DNA of 64,000 nt, from assembly GCA_977017575.1 (NCBI GenBank), contig CDRNVI010000066.1:248001-312000 (forward strand). Reading direction: 5' to 3'. The stretch comes from Paramoeba atlantica. Taxonomy: Eukaryota > Protista > Discosea. The first letter of the stretch is position 1. The number at the start of each line of letters is the position of its first letter. The notes beneath the pieces were generated by a model, which was not told the origin of the DNA, did not search any database, and was given only the letters and a program-made list of their open reading frames with translations. This document shows positions 11,340 through 23,631 of this stretch, one piece after another. The position numbers and the translations under genes were made by a program.

Positions 11340-11783
11340 CGAAGGGAAGTGTTAGAAGAAGAAGAGAGAAGAAGACACGGAGGGCTCTGCAGCGCCAACC
11401 GTTAGGGTAGAGTCTCAGGTCACCGACCTTCATTGTCTTGCTACCCCCTTCCCAGACGGCACTCGACGCTTTGCGGCCCGAGCACGGCTACCCAACCGTA
11501 GCTACCAGGACGGGCGTCCAACCCCGTTGCATCGTGTAGGCTGTGACTCAAGCCTCCTTTGCGTAAGCAGCTCGCAATTTAGCGGCTGCGCTGGAGCCTG
11601 GTTCAGCTCGGCGGTGCCGGGTCGGTCCTCCAGGGGAGCGGGGTTGGGTGTGGGCCTTGAAGGCACTCCTGATCAGTTTCCCTTTGTAGTGAGGCCGCCA
11701 GGTTGCGAGTTTTGTCGATAGCGGGAATCGAACCAACAACCTGCAGGTTGGAAGGCCCACCGTCTACCAACTACGCCCGCACC
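11340..11783 (-). mobile_element. tRNA-Gly(TCC)-derived SINE-like element
   Basis: Head at 11783-11716 reads GGTGCGGGCGTAGTTGGTAGACGGTGGGCCTTCCAACCTGCAGGTTGTTGGTTCGATTCCCGCTATCG, with A box, CTTCCAA loop and B box GGTTCGATTCCC but broken stems. A ~300-nt GC-rich structured body and a (CTT)-rich tail follow. Confidence 0.6.
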
Positions 11784-12298
11784 ATTAGAGTGTGCAAGTG
11801 TTAGAGTACGCCGCGGCGATAATTCCCCCCCATTGGGGGTGACCCCCCCTGGTACGCGCAGGAGGGGCGCGACAAGTTCGAAATTTCAAAAAAAATCCAA
11901 AAGAAAAGTAAAAGATTATTTTTACGGAGCGAATGTGGAGCGTGGTTGCGGGGTTGGATGGACTGAAAATCAACGCACTCATGAACAAAAAAGCACCTTT
12001 CTCTCCCAAAAAATATACCCCCTCAGTAACAAGGATTTGATCCATTTGGATCCAAAATCGATTCTATTACTGGAGGGGTATATAACCACCAAATCAAAAA
12101 AAGCACGCCGCTTCGCAGCGCGGGGCAGGTTCCAAAAATAAAGTACGCCTCAAAAGGACGAAACCCCTGCGATCGGCAGAATATGGCAGAATAGTGCCGC
12201 ATTAGCGGTGGCCCCCCTCCTATCCCCCTATTTTTTCCTATCAAATTCTCTGACTGTAGAAAATGTTTCTCCAGAGATTTTTTCTCCAGAGATAAACG

Positions 12299-12804
12299 GG
12301 GTACGTCTCTACTTCGTTGAATATTCAACGAACGGGATTTTAATTTTTTTTCGAGCTAGCGTTCGATTTTTTTAACATTTTAAATTATCTCAACGGAGCA
12401 ACAAAGGTAGCGCATGGTACTAGAAACTCTTTTTCGGCAAGTCGATCTCATGTATTTGATCTCATGTATTTGTCGATCTTATGTATTTGGTTTTGCCTCC
12501 AGAAGTGGGCTTCGCTCAAAGTTGGGCCTTGCCTCTGGACAATCCTGCGGAAGTGGCAGACATAGGCTCTCAGTGCGCGACCCGCGCGCTGGAGCGAGCG
12601 GGTCGCCAAAAAATATAATTATGTCCCAGGGCTACGCTCACAGTTGGGCCTTGCTCGCAGACGGGAGCTTTTGCCTCCAGAAGTGGGCTTCGCTGGCAGA
12701 ATCCTAGAAAATTTCGGCGAAAAAAAACAAAAAAATCGGTTTCTTGAATCGTTCAACGAACCGACGGCGCTTCGTTGAATATTCAACGAAGTAGAGACAT
12801 AGCC
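12299..12804. mobile_element. MITE / non-autonomous DNA transposon (506 bp), short member of the 57-58 kb family
   Basis: TIRs GG(G/C)TA(C/T)GTCTCTACTTCGTTGAATATTCAACGAA; 8-bp TSD GATAAACG at 12291-12298 and 12805-12812; internal sequence matches 57329-58253. Confidence 0.92.
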
Positions 12805-13477
12805 GATAAACGTACAGCTGTATGTAAACAAATGTCAGAAAAATACTTTCAATGCACGTAAAATATCATAAGGCAACATTTAGAACACATAAAAAAATTA
12901 ACAAAAAAAATTACTTTTTATGTGAAATAATGCTTCACTTTTTCTCTATTCAGCCGATTAATTCTACGGCGTACAATTTTTAATTCGAGATGAAACTGTG
13001 GTAAATGCATACCCATCACCGCTGACGCAAAAATCATTCGACCCACCGCTGACTCCAAAGAACCATACTGTAGCAAAATCGTCCTGCGTTAGACGGCGCG
13101 TTAATTTTGGACCTAACGATACCTTTCCTAGGCCATGGTGATACGTGATACCATTAAACGTGTAGGTCTGCGATGGAGGGGCTCCGGCATCCTTAAAACG
13201 CGCATTGACTTCCCTAGCCCGGTTGTCTACGAACCTGACGTATTGTTCAGCGATCACTTCGCTCCCCGCAAAACGGATACCATCTATATAAACATCGGCA
13301 TTATCTGAAGAAAACGCGGCATCCGCGGTACAAAATTGCTTATCCCCTGCCAGCGTCGCTGTTAGTACATGCATTGTTTCGGGTGCACACCGATGCCCCA
13401 TAGGCATTACATTCATTTCAAACAAATCGCCTTTCGCATCCTTAAATCGAAACTTCTCTCTACATGCTAAAGGAATA

Positions 13478-15470
13478 CTGTGACCCCCCCCTTTAATATG
13501 CACACGTTTTTGGAGTTTGTGCATAATAAAGGGGGGGTGCATAATAAAGGGGGGGTGCATAATAAAGGGGGGTGCATAATAAAGGGGGGGGGTGCATAAT
13601 AAGGGGGGGGTACATAATAAAGGGGGGAAGGAAAGGGTGAAACAAGGGGGATGGTGGAAAGTGCGTACATGGTGCCAATGACATAGGTATCGAAGCAAGG
13701 GTCGATGACGGAGGGGAAGAGAGTGAAGGAACTGTTCTCGAGCAAAGATATTTTTCATGAAGCTTGTGTAACACTAATAAACAAGAAAGTGCTTAAAGTA
13801 AAAAATATAAAAAAATGTGCATACCTAAATACTAGTTACTAATGTAACTGATTCATAGGATACTATAATATTATTTCGAGTTTGTTGAACGCCCATAGTA
13901 GAATATGCCTGGAGAATCACTCCGAGGACTTCCACGACACCGAGTAAAAACCACAGAAAAACCAAGTTCCGTGGTAAAAAATAATATTACAATATGAACC
14001 GTTGCTGTGGACGGAAATAAAGCTCGGGAGGTGAGGTTCGCTAAGCCCCAACATTTGCTTGACAATGTCCCTGACCCCATAAAGTTTTCAACTATTAACG
14101 GACTCATCTTCAAAGTTCAAATCATTCACTAAATTCACAATTACAGAACAATCAGAATCAGAATCAGAATCATCTTCCGGCACGTTCTCCACGGACACTT
14201 CTCCAAGGGTTTCTTCGGAATCTTTTGACTAACAACACGCTACGCTGACTAACATCCGCGTATATTCCAGTAAGAGCGGAAGCCTGGTGCGTCATTTCAG
14301 CATAAATGCCAGAACTCTCACGATTCTTGGCGCTGTGGTTGAATATAACAGTTGGGTAAAGAGGGTAAACCTTATCTAGAGCAAAGTCATATATTCCAGC
14401 CAGGAAGACGGTAACAGTTTCCTTGGGATTTGTGTCGACCACCTTCGGTTGCGGGCATCCGATCTGCGCTAGCGTATATCCTTGTACCTCACCGTTTACG
14501 AACATCGCCGTTTCGTCCCCGAAAAAAGCAAAACGATATTTCCGAACAGCATTCTGAAGGTAAAATTTTTGCGCCCACTGTGATATCCTATGTTCCACGT
14601 CTGCCGGAGCCAGGCACTGTATCCTTCCCCACCTTCTCCAAACCCACCCATAATGCTTCCGAAAGCGTGCATATGTGTCTTCCAATGCTGAAACCGAAGT
14701 CAACTTCGTGTTTTGGCGTATTAGATTGATTACAATTGATTTGGTCAAGGGACACCACAAGGAAGATGACTTTTCACAAGCACGATGAACTTCACACATT
14801 GCCTCTGCCTTATTGTACGTGACAGACTCCGGGTCGTTGTAATCACCTCCTTTGGTGTTAAACCCTCTGTTACGATGCTGGTTCCCCATATCTCGATTTA
14901 TTAATTTTTGATCATTCAATATCCCAGTCGCACGGATGTCGTACACTGTTCTCCGAGATATCCCGTACTTTTCTCGAATAGCCTTCACCGAATCCTGGGA
15001 TCGACAAATCTCGCGTTTGTCGTAAATTGTGAGTTCAACTCGCTGCCGCTTTTTTTTGTTTACCGTTGGAGGTGCATTCGTTTGTAGAACAGGTGCCCGT
15101 TCCCCTACCTGGGGGGAGGGTGGCGCTGACCGAGCCCATCTCGACAGCGGACCTTTTATCATATGCACGGTTGTCGGTACACCGTCCGTGTGCGGCATGT
15201 GTTGACGAAGAGAAACAGATATAGCAGATAGAGAAAGCTAAAAAGTCTACAGTATTAACTTAATGTTGGAAGTTGGTAGCCTAAGTGACTTTCCAAACAG
15301 AATAAAAAAAGAAAAAATCAAATCGGTCCCACCACACGAACTTTCTTCAGCTTCAATTTTGTGCATATTAAAGGGGGGGGGGTCCCACCACACATATTTT
15401 CTTCAGTCTCCATTTTGTGCATATTAAAGGGGGGTAAGAAGGGGGTGCATATTAAAGGGGGGGGTCACAG
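13478..15470 (-). mobile_element. pogo/Tc5-like DNA transposon (1993 bp)
   Basis: TIR CTGTGACCCCCCCCTTTAATATGCAC; TA TSD at 13476-13477 and 15471-15472; subterminal GTGCATA(A/T)TAAAGGGGGG repeats at 13519-13626, 15360-15378 and 15417-15434. Confidence 0.9.
14170..15198 (-). pseudogene. pogo-like transposase, C-terminally truncated
   Basis: CENP-B/psq-type HTH RVELTIYDKREIC..IREKYGISRRTVYDIR; first catalytic Asp FFGDETAMF; ETVTVFLAG. Confidence 0.75.
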
Positions 15471-16037
15471 TAACCACTTGCCAAAATCCACATGCTAAGT
15501 CGCGCTTCACCGCCGTTTGTTCTTTTACACGATGCAAATAGTACGCTGCATGCTTTAACTCAACATGAGGATGATAAGTTTCCTTAATTCGCTCGTTGTC
15601 ACCTTGCGTCCAAGCAATGAAACGCCGTCGCTCCGACCCATCTTCGGCGGGCTCAACAACCGTAAAAGGAATTACCCAATCCCGCGACGGGCGCTTTGCA
15701 GCCTCGGCGGTAGTAACTCGTGTAATGAAGCCTTGGGCTTCCAACAATTCTACGTCACTAGCTGGTAAAAAAGATTTAAATTTCGGAGCGGGTGCTCGCT
15801 CATCAGGAACTTCTAACAGCATTTTCCACGTCTGATCAAAACGAATACGTTGCTTTTCGTTCATCATTCCTCGTAGTTTACGAATATCCATCTGTGGAAT
15901 CCCACTTTTGATATGCAAAGGAAGACCAAAATCTTTCGTGGTCGCCACTTTAGACGTGCGACGCGTGCGTGTTATAGTATGTCTTACCTTTTCTGCTGGA
16001 ACATCATCAATGTACTTGCTAAAAACAAGTTCCTCTT

Positions 16038-17059
16038 CTACCATATGTGCAGCTTTCTGGTCGCTTTCTGGGTCCCGAGGGCTAACGCCGTTGTCACTGG
16101 GTCGGAATTGTACCGGAGTAACGATTCGATTGACTGGTGCTTTGCGAGGTGCTGTACCTCGTCGAGACGGACGTTGCCGTCGGCAACCTGCTTGAACAAC
16201 TGCGTGATGGCCCCACGCTTTGCCGAATGAGTCCCGTATCCGCTGCCGAGAATTTTGCGTATTTTCGAATCCGCCTCCGTCACCGTTGCGCGTGACATTG
16301 GTTGGAGGTGTCCGAGTTTGTGTATGTTTGTTATAACGCCAGGCGATGTGTTCCCTCGCCCTTTACCACCGTATACATTGAGGGCCGATACGGGTTCAGA
16401 CGGGACGTCTTTGTCTTCCGTCCCCACCAAATTACAATTCGCGTTGCGGATACCTCGTAAAAACGATCCCTGGTGAGCGTTGCTGTCTCCGTCCAACGGC
16501 TTGCCGCTTTCCAACACAGCAGCAATGTATGTTTTTCGCTTGACGGTAGGTGGATCCATAACATGTTCAATTGCGTGGGGGTGAGGGGAGACATCTGTCG
16601 GAACGGCTCTGCCGCTCCCTCGGCCATGAGGGATTTGATGTAAAAACGCAGGGGATTGGTTTGCATGCCGGCCATGCTTAGTATCGCCGCTACGCTCCGC
16701 GCATAAGTCAACTTTCCCTGAATTTTGATCGGTATTTCGGCGATGAAAGTCACGGCGTGCAACGGAGTTATTGGAATTCCCTTCCAATTGCAGAATGTTG
16801 TTAGACGCTCCCACAGCCTGGCTCTGGCCTGCCACGTGGAGACGCTCCACATCTCCGACATTGCGTCCAACGCAGTGCGTACTTCTGGTGTGAGCACATT
16901 CACTCCCATTAGCAACTTCATGAGGCTTAGTCGCGCTGGCGCGGTCTGTTGAAGACTCAAAGTACCGTTGTATAATTGTCCTGAGGTGATCAATCTCCCT
17001 TTTAAGTTCACCGAGTTGGGCGTATACTCCATGCTGCTTATTTTCCTTCTCTTCATCAC
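16038..17059 (-). pseudogene. Tyrosine recombinase (frameshifted near 16340)
   Basis: LLLCWKAASRWTE (catalytic R), then in the other frame GYGTHSAKRGA, LAKH, LLRY. Confidence 0.85.
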
Positions 17060-17539
17060 TTGCGTAGAAATTACTGTAATTCGACGTTTGAATTTTATGA
17101 CAGTACTGGCCGTTAGGGTGGGGTCGTTTCAAAGACTCTTGCTGCTTGAAGCAGGGCCAGCCACCCGCGCCCGAAAACCCTGCTGGAAACGTTTTGGGCA
17201 ATTACACCACAAGTGCTCTGGGGATTGACACCCGAAACATAATAACTTGCGTTGAGAAAAATTAGACGGACGAGGCTGGGCTTGACCATAACGTGCGGTA
17301 GAATAAACGTGAGCAGATGAATGAGCGACTGCGCGGGAGTGTTGCTTTTGACGTTCCACCAATTGTTCATTTACGTGGTGGTAAAACTTATCATTGGGCC
17401 GCACTTCTTTTTGCAGCTTCTGGTGAACCAATTCGACATCTACCTGGCGAGCCTGCCAATACGCGTCGCGAAGAGTCTAAATGATTGCACGTCCCATTTC
17501 CAGATAGGGTCCTTCGTTCCAATTAGGGATCATCCGGGC

Positions 17540-19200
17540 AAAAAGAATCCACTTGCAGAAAACATTATAAAAAAATCGCTCCTGGCGTATGACGAATCCT
17601 CGATCCTGGTAATACTTGTTTCAGTTTAGCCAACTTGACATTCCAACTGAACCAGTTCCGATATTTGCTGTTCATGCTCTCGCACAAATTTGTTGAACCG
17701 CTTTCTGTTGCTCGATATTCGATATAGTGCTTGCAAATTAACTGGTGTGTCGTTACATATTGACGTGTCGAAGCTGAGAGGTGCATCCTTTTTTGCTTGG
17801 AATTCGAGGCATGTTTGCGCTTCCCGGATACTTGTCTTCAGCGATAACCACAACTCCTCGATATCCGTTGCTTCTATCTCTTGTCTCACATCTCGATTGC
17901 ATGTGTTATCAAAGTGCGTTGCAACGTTGGCTGCGAACAATTGTCGAATTCCAGAGTCACGCAAAAGGAACCAAGGAGGATAAGTGTGACGTTTCTTCTT
18001 ATGTACTTTCCATTTAATACAAGCTTCCACTGCATAATGCCCGGTACAGATCGGAGGTTGTGTGACTCGATGTCGTGAAATTGTCGATGCAAACCGTCGA
18101 GTCAAAATAATGTGACCGAGCTTTTTGGTATAGCCATTGGGAAACCTGAAGGTCCACTCTCTCGCTGTAGGACAAACTTCGAAACCAGAGACAGCATCTG
18201 CATTATCCAAGAGTGTTTGGAGACCACAGTACGCCGGTAGTTTTAGTTTTCCTTTTATAGATTGCGTCAAAGGAGCGTTAAAGTCTCCATAACAGCTTTC
18301 AATTGACGTTTGTTTCGTACGAAAGAATCAGTAAGGCGTGCCATGAACACTTTATGTTCTTCTTCCGGAGCATCGGCAGTTGGCGCGTATACATTGTACA
18401 CCACAGCTTGGTAAGGCTCCATTTCTATTTCAGCATACGCAATTCTTTCGGATACGCTGAAGATGCGACGTAGAGAAAATCTGCTGATGAACATCAACCC
18501 TCCGTAACCATTGTCGGCAGATATGAAATACAAGAAAAAAGTGGTCGTCCCAATTCGTATCGTCTTGACCGGCGAATTTTCACACGTAAAGCGCGTTTCC
18601 TGTACACAACATATCTGTATATCACACAGTTTTTTTTGACAGCACATGTTCGTAATCATTCATCGAAGGGTTCAAAAGTGCTTTTTGAAAAATTTACGAA
18701 AATGAAGTCGCAGTTGGGCCCTAAAAAAATATATATAAAATTGCTTTTTTAAGGGTAGTAATTCATCGAAGTGGACGTCTGGAAATGGGAAGGGGCATTG
18801 TGCAGAAAGGAATGGTAAAGATTCAGATTTCTTATAAGGAGGGAAAAGGAGAGGGTCCACAAGGTATCCTACACGAACGAGTAGACGTAGAAGTAGACAT
18901 AATCTTGCGCAACGACGTAGCGATATCCTATCAACGCCGTCCAGTCCCAATGTAATCACGTTCAAAGTCATAATAGTCAAACCCTTGTTCCTGGCGTTGC
19001 ACAAACAGGGTTTCTCGTGACTGAGGTTGCCACGCTCAGCCCCATTCCGAGGATAGTACCTCCGCCGCTTTCTCTTACGGGATCCTGATCGCTGTGCCTT
19101 GACGCGTCCTCCTCAGACAACAACTCTGGCATCAACGGGGGGAAACGGGAATAGTTTATCCGGCACTCTTTCATACTTTACCCACCATCCCCCATTTCCA
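17540..19200 (-). mobile_element. RTE-like non-LTR fragment: GC-rich 5' UTR + disrupted AP endonuclease
   Basis: LTIMTLNVITL (~18990-18950), DIQICCVQETRF, VYNVYAPTADA, KLGHIILTRRF, PWFLLRD; parallels 58410-59973. Interrupted at ~18660-18880 by unrelated DNA that includes a plus-strand CRE N-terminal scrap (VQKGMVKIQISYKEGKGEGPQG). Confidence 0.75.
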
Positions 19201-19870
19201 TACCCTGGTGGGTAATAGGTGGTAATTTACCACCTATTACCACATATTACCACATTTTACTGGCTACTCCAGCATAGAAAAATATTCCCTATGATTTCAA
19301 TACATACAGTATGCAAAAAAACTGTTCACATGTTTGACACTTTTTTGTTGTTGGTGTTTCCCTGTGGCCAGGTGTCGTGTGCATTGAAGTAGTATATCAG
19401 AGTAGTGTACGCGTGGGTACTAGGTATAAGGTTACATGTACGTTCCTAACAGACATACAGATATACATGTACGTTCCTAACTTAAGTTTTCAGACTTACT
19501 GTAGTTCTTACGTACCTCAAGATGTTCTACAATGCGCACGAGAAATGGGGATTATCCTTTTACAGGCCAAATGATGATGGTGTGACTGCCTCAGACTTAG
19601 GCGCAAATTATGTGACGCAAGTGGACATGTATTCAATGCAGTACAAGCGGTATACTGAACAAAGGAAAGTTAAGACACTTTGAGATCTGAAAAATGCAAC
19701 AAGAATTATCCGAAACGGGCACATTGTCAAATAAGAGTGGGGTTACTTTCCATTCGGTGGATTTATAGCATGAACGAGCAAAATAAATCGTACAAATTCT
19801 TTCATAAAACTACGCATTTTTTAACTAAATAATGATGTCACCATACTTTGATCATTCCAACTTTGCTAAC

Positions 19871-21230
19871 CTAAACCATTGTGGAAAGAACTATTCCTTC
19901 AAAATGGTCTGTCGTAGCTGAACGACAAACCCACAGATTGCGAAAAAACACCCCGATATGCCCAGAAGCAGGATCCCTGCCTTTTCCCATGAACGCATAC
20001 TCTCGGAACACTCTCCAGTACATCCACGCCGGGATAATCATCACCAACGGAATACCAAACAGCACCCCGTGAAAGCACCCCTCGAAGACCTCCGTGATCC
20101 CGCTAGCGACCGCAGCCAACGCACACGAGGTCGCGACAATCAGAAAAGTCTGCGCTGTCCGTATCCACAAATTACTCTGCGTCTCACAATGAAAAAACAG
20201 CAGATTGACCGTACGACGACACGCAATCGAGACCCTAACACGAAGTGAAACAGCATTAAAAACCGCCCAATATTCATCAGGATATCGTTTTCTGCATACA
20301 GAAATAGAATATCCCCTCCATGAGTGTGGGTCTGAGGTCCAAACTGTAAATAGCCCATAATCCCTACCTGCAGATAGAGCGCCATAATAATCACCATGGC
20401 GGGTAGAATGGCTTTGTATACATGGTGGCGGGTCGTCGATCTTCCAGCTCCGCATACAGCTGCGGGAGGTTATAATGCATCGCGTAGGCTACCGTGAGTA
20501 CGGGAAAGGCCTGGAAGAAATCGGTCGAGGGATTAGCGACCCTTAACGGGGCTACTGAAGGCACAATTTGTTGAATTCCCACAGCCGCACCAATATATCG
20601 TATCGCGACCCCAATGGCCACATAAATCATCGTGGCCACGGAGAGGAAGGAGAACCGGTGAAGCTCGGAGATGTGCTCGGTACAGGAGATGGCAAAAAGC
20701 AGAGGGGCGCTGAGGAGAATCCAGAAAGGGGCGGAGGCGTAGAACCCGGAGAGTCTCATCCAGGAGGAGGCTAGGGGTTGCATGGAGTCCGCAATGATCA
20801 CCACAAAGGAGACGGACACCCCGAAGGTGTACCAGAACACAATGGCCTGGATGAGCCATTGGAGGGAACGAGATCGAAGGGATTTGCGGGTTTGGGTATT
20901 GTTGCTAGTCTTGCTATTGTTGTCGTTTTCATCCTCCCCAGGAGGGGCATGCTTTTCGAAAGCATGTCGAAATAACCGAATATAGGACCACTCCTGGGTG
21001 TGATGGGTAAGCCGCGTGAGTACGACAAGGGCTGCACCGCTGAGGATGCCGACATAGAGAATCAGAAGACAACCGTATACGAGGGAGGCATGGTGGAGGG
21101 AGGCGGGAAGGGCAAGGATGGCACCTCCTATGATGTTGCACAGAATGGTGTTGATGGAGGTGGTGACGGTACCAGTGCGTTTGACGTGTTCCGTACGGAG
21201 AGGAACGTGTACGGTTGCGGACTCGGACAT
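19871..21230 (-). pseudogene. Amino-acid transporter (AAAP/Aa_trans family) with two frameshifts (pseudogene or sequencing error)
   Basis: ATG at 21230; NIIGGAILALPASL, AFPVLTVAYAMHYNLPQLYAEL, GIMGYLQFG; multiple TM segments spread over three frames with shifts near 20413 and ~20235. Confidence 0.8.
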
Positions 21231-22072
21231 AATGGAGGTAGAGGAGAGAGGAGTGTTGAAACAACGACGACTCAAGGTAATTAGAACTGCTCAAAAGCTA
21301 ATTCTCTGGGTGGTCTCAACGTGAGAGTATGATCTGTAAAATAATACTACAGCATCGCATACCTGCATATAAATTTTACATGGAGCAAAAGGTGTGGACG
21401 CTCCACCAGTTTGTGAATGTGAGATGCAAAAAAAATCGTTCAAAAATATTAAACTTTATTCAAAACTAAGTGAGATACCCATAACGAATAAAAGCATATT
21501 AAAGCAAACTCCTTTATAAAAACCATAAAATGGCAAGAAAACCTCGTGTCAGCGTATAAACATGTAGTATAGAACACTGGAAAAACTAGTACAAAAAGAG
21601 TAAGAAAGGAAAAACAATATTTTCGCGTCGCAAGTTGACGAAGATCTTCTCTGTTAATGTGATTTACACGATTTTAGAATGTACAGCCCATTAGGCGCAC
21701 CTCGGAGCCCCAGAACACATACAGAGAACATCCAAAAAGAACGATTGCAAGTCGCGCAACTCGATTCACAGGTGTTCTGGAGCTCTAAAGTCAGGTCAAA
21801 TAGGAATGAGCAAGCATACCACAAGGTTAAGCCATTCCTTGGTCGACAGCATGCGTAGGCGCATATAGACATCAATCAAGACACAAGAAAGAGTTCCGCT
21901 AGTATTCATTTGAAGGTACATACTTCGTTTTTATGCATCAGTACATTGTGTTTTTCGCCTAAAAAATCTTACCTCGAAATTGCAAAAAAACTGTTCACAT
22001 GTTTTTCTTTACTTGCATACGATCACACTTTTGTTACAAAGCCGATTGAGTCGGAAGCTCTATGGCAACATA

Positions 22073-23631
22073 CAGGGGGGGTCACGAAAAGAGTGGGGGG
22101 TCTAAAATTTGTACCGTGCGAGCTTTTGACCTAATTCCTTCGGTGTTCAACAGATCTCGAAATTTTAAGACTACGTGAGTTATAACTACTTAGGCATATA
22201 AGGTTGAGTGATAATGGTGAGTCGGCAAAAAACAGGTTTTTTTGTTTTTTGCATATTTGGATTTTCTCATTATTTCATTATTGATCCCCCGTTTTTTTCT
22301 CGAAGAAGTTTGATTCGGGACGGGAAGCTCGTCAAAGTATTATTATACGATGCTTTCATATCAGATAATAGATAATCAAGCGCTTTTGGAATTGTAGCTT
22401 GTAGTTCCTTACGGTTTGTGGGGAGGAGAGTAAATTTTATGTGGTGATCCATCATGCTCCACAAATTTTTAATTAAATTTAAATCCGGCGACTTGGCAGG
22501 CCAATCAGGAATGCTGATACCCATGTCTCTGCCGACGCGGCGAGCGTGATTATGGCCCGGAGCGTTATCCATGATCACTGTTGCCGCTGGTTTACGCTTT
22601 AACCAGTTGTAGAAACCATTTCGTTTTGGCATGGCAGAGAGAAACGTTTCGTTAGTGACCGTCTCATTCTCCGCAAACTCATGAAAACAGTGAACCTTGG
22701 GAACCCCCCATTCAAGGCTCACCGCCATCCAAATATGAACCCCCTTTCCTCCGAAATATTTCTCAACATCTTTTGGTACCTCAAGGGGTTCATCTGACCT
22801 TTTGCAAATGTACCAAATATTGCGTGAGTGGTACCCGCATTTAAAAATCTTTTCATCCGTCCACAGAATACGGGCGTATTGAAAAGGGGTGAACCTCTCC
22901 AAACGATTAGCCAACTCCAGGCGGTCGAATTTGTGCTGAGGCGTGAGATGAGGAACTTTCCTCATTTTTCTGCTTATGTACCCGCTCCTTTTCAGTGATC
23001 TTTTCACAGACGAAAGAGAGAATGGGTACTTGGTTTGATCGATCTGGCGGTGAACCCACCTCCAAGATGGACAGCCAATGGGACTACGTTGATTTTCTTC
23101 ATCTACAATATATTCTAACATTATTCGAAACTCTTCATTATCAATCGCATTCTTACGTATGTATTTTATACGTTCTAACCCTCCTGTCTCCCGGTGGCGT
23201 TTAACCCATCGAGAGACAGTTGCTTCACTGCATTTCATAAGAGCAGCAGTGTCCGTAATCGAACGTCCCTGGTTTTGTACCTCATGGACGCAAATTACAC
23301 GTGTTTCATAAGTGATTTGTTGCGTCGAGAGGGTGCGCCTCTGGCGGCGAAGTGTTTTCGGCATAAAAGATGTGTTAGAAAGAGTTAAGTGGTATTGATT
23401 CATAGATTAATGGGCTAAACTGATAAAAAATGATAAAAATCCGATTTTTTGCAGAATTTTCAGGTAAAAAAATCAGTAAAATTTTATCATGACGTCATAT
23501 CAGCTTCAGGGGTGGCAACAATGGTGCCAGTAGTCTTAAAATTTCGAGATCTGTTGAATGCCGAAGGAATTAGGTCAAAAGCTCGCACGGTACAAATTTT
23601 AGACCCCCCACCTTTTTCGTGACCCCCCCTG
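22073..23631 (-). mobile_element. Tc1/IS630-like DNA transposon (1559 bp)
   Basis: ~102-bp TIRs (22073-22174 / 23530-23631) starting CAGGGGGGGTCACGAAAA; TA TSD at 22071-22072 and 23632-23633. Confidence 0.95.
22270..23403 (-). CDS. Tc1-like transposase (third catalytic residue E replaced by K)
   Basis: N-terminal HTH; WTDEKIF, IMDNAPGH, WPAKSPDLNLIKNLW (canonical SPDLNPIENLW). Confidence 0.9.
   Translation of the reverse strand: MNQYHLTLSNTSFMPKTLRRQRRTLSTQQITYETRVICVHEVQNQGRSITDTAALMKCSEATVSRWVKRHRETGGLERIKYIRKNAIDNEEFRIMLEYIVDEENQRSPIGCPSWRWVHRQIDQTKYPFSLSSVKRSLKRSGYISRKMRKVPHLTPQHKFDRLELANRLERFTPFQYARILWTDEKIFKCGYHSRNIWYICKRSDEPLEVPKDVEKYFGGKGVHIWMAVSLEWGVPKVHCFHEFAENETVTNETFLSAMPKRNGFYNWLKRKPAATVIMDNAPGHNHARRVGRDMGISIPDWPAKSPDLNLIKNLWSMMDHHIKFTLLPTNRKELQATIPKALDYLLSDMKASYNNTLTSFPSRIKLLREKNGGSIMK

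Larger units (their letters stand above)
12964..16044 (-). pseudogene. Reverse transcriptase of VIPER-like element, split by DNA transposon
   Basis: Removing 13478-15470 plus one TA restores KRDLACGFWQVV|IPLACREKFRF..MPMGHRCAP..VYIDGIRF in frame. Confidence 0.88.
12964..17535 (-). mobile_element. Degenerate VIPER-like YR retrotransposon (gag 3' part, YR, RT), interrupted by a pogo-like element and truncated at both ends
   Basis: Gag knuckle CFGCQSPEHLWCNC (17129-17431); YR (16038-17059); RT split across 15471-16044 and 12964-13477; homologous to 37600-42930. Confidence 0.88.

Noticed and set aside
11716-11783. Functional tRNA-Gly gene
   Set aside because: Acceptor and anticodon stems do not pair and no T-run terminator follows; treated as a SINE-like head.
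21700-21880. Possible APE-RT linker remnant (..QAYHKVKPFLG..)
   Set aside because: Too short and unanchored to support a call.
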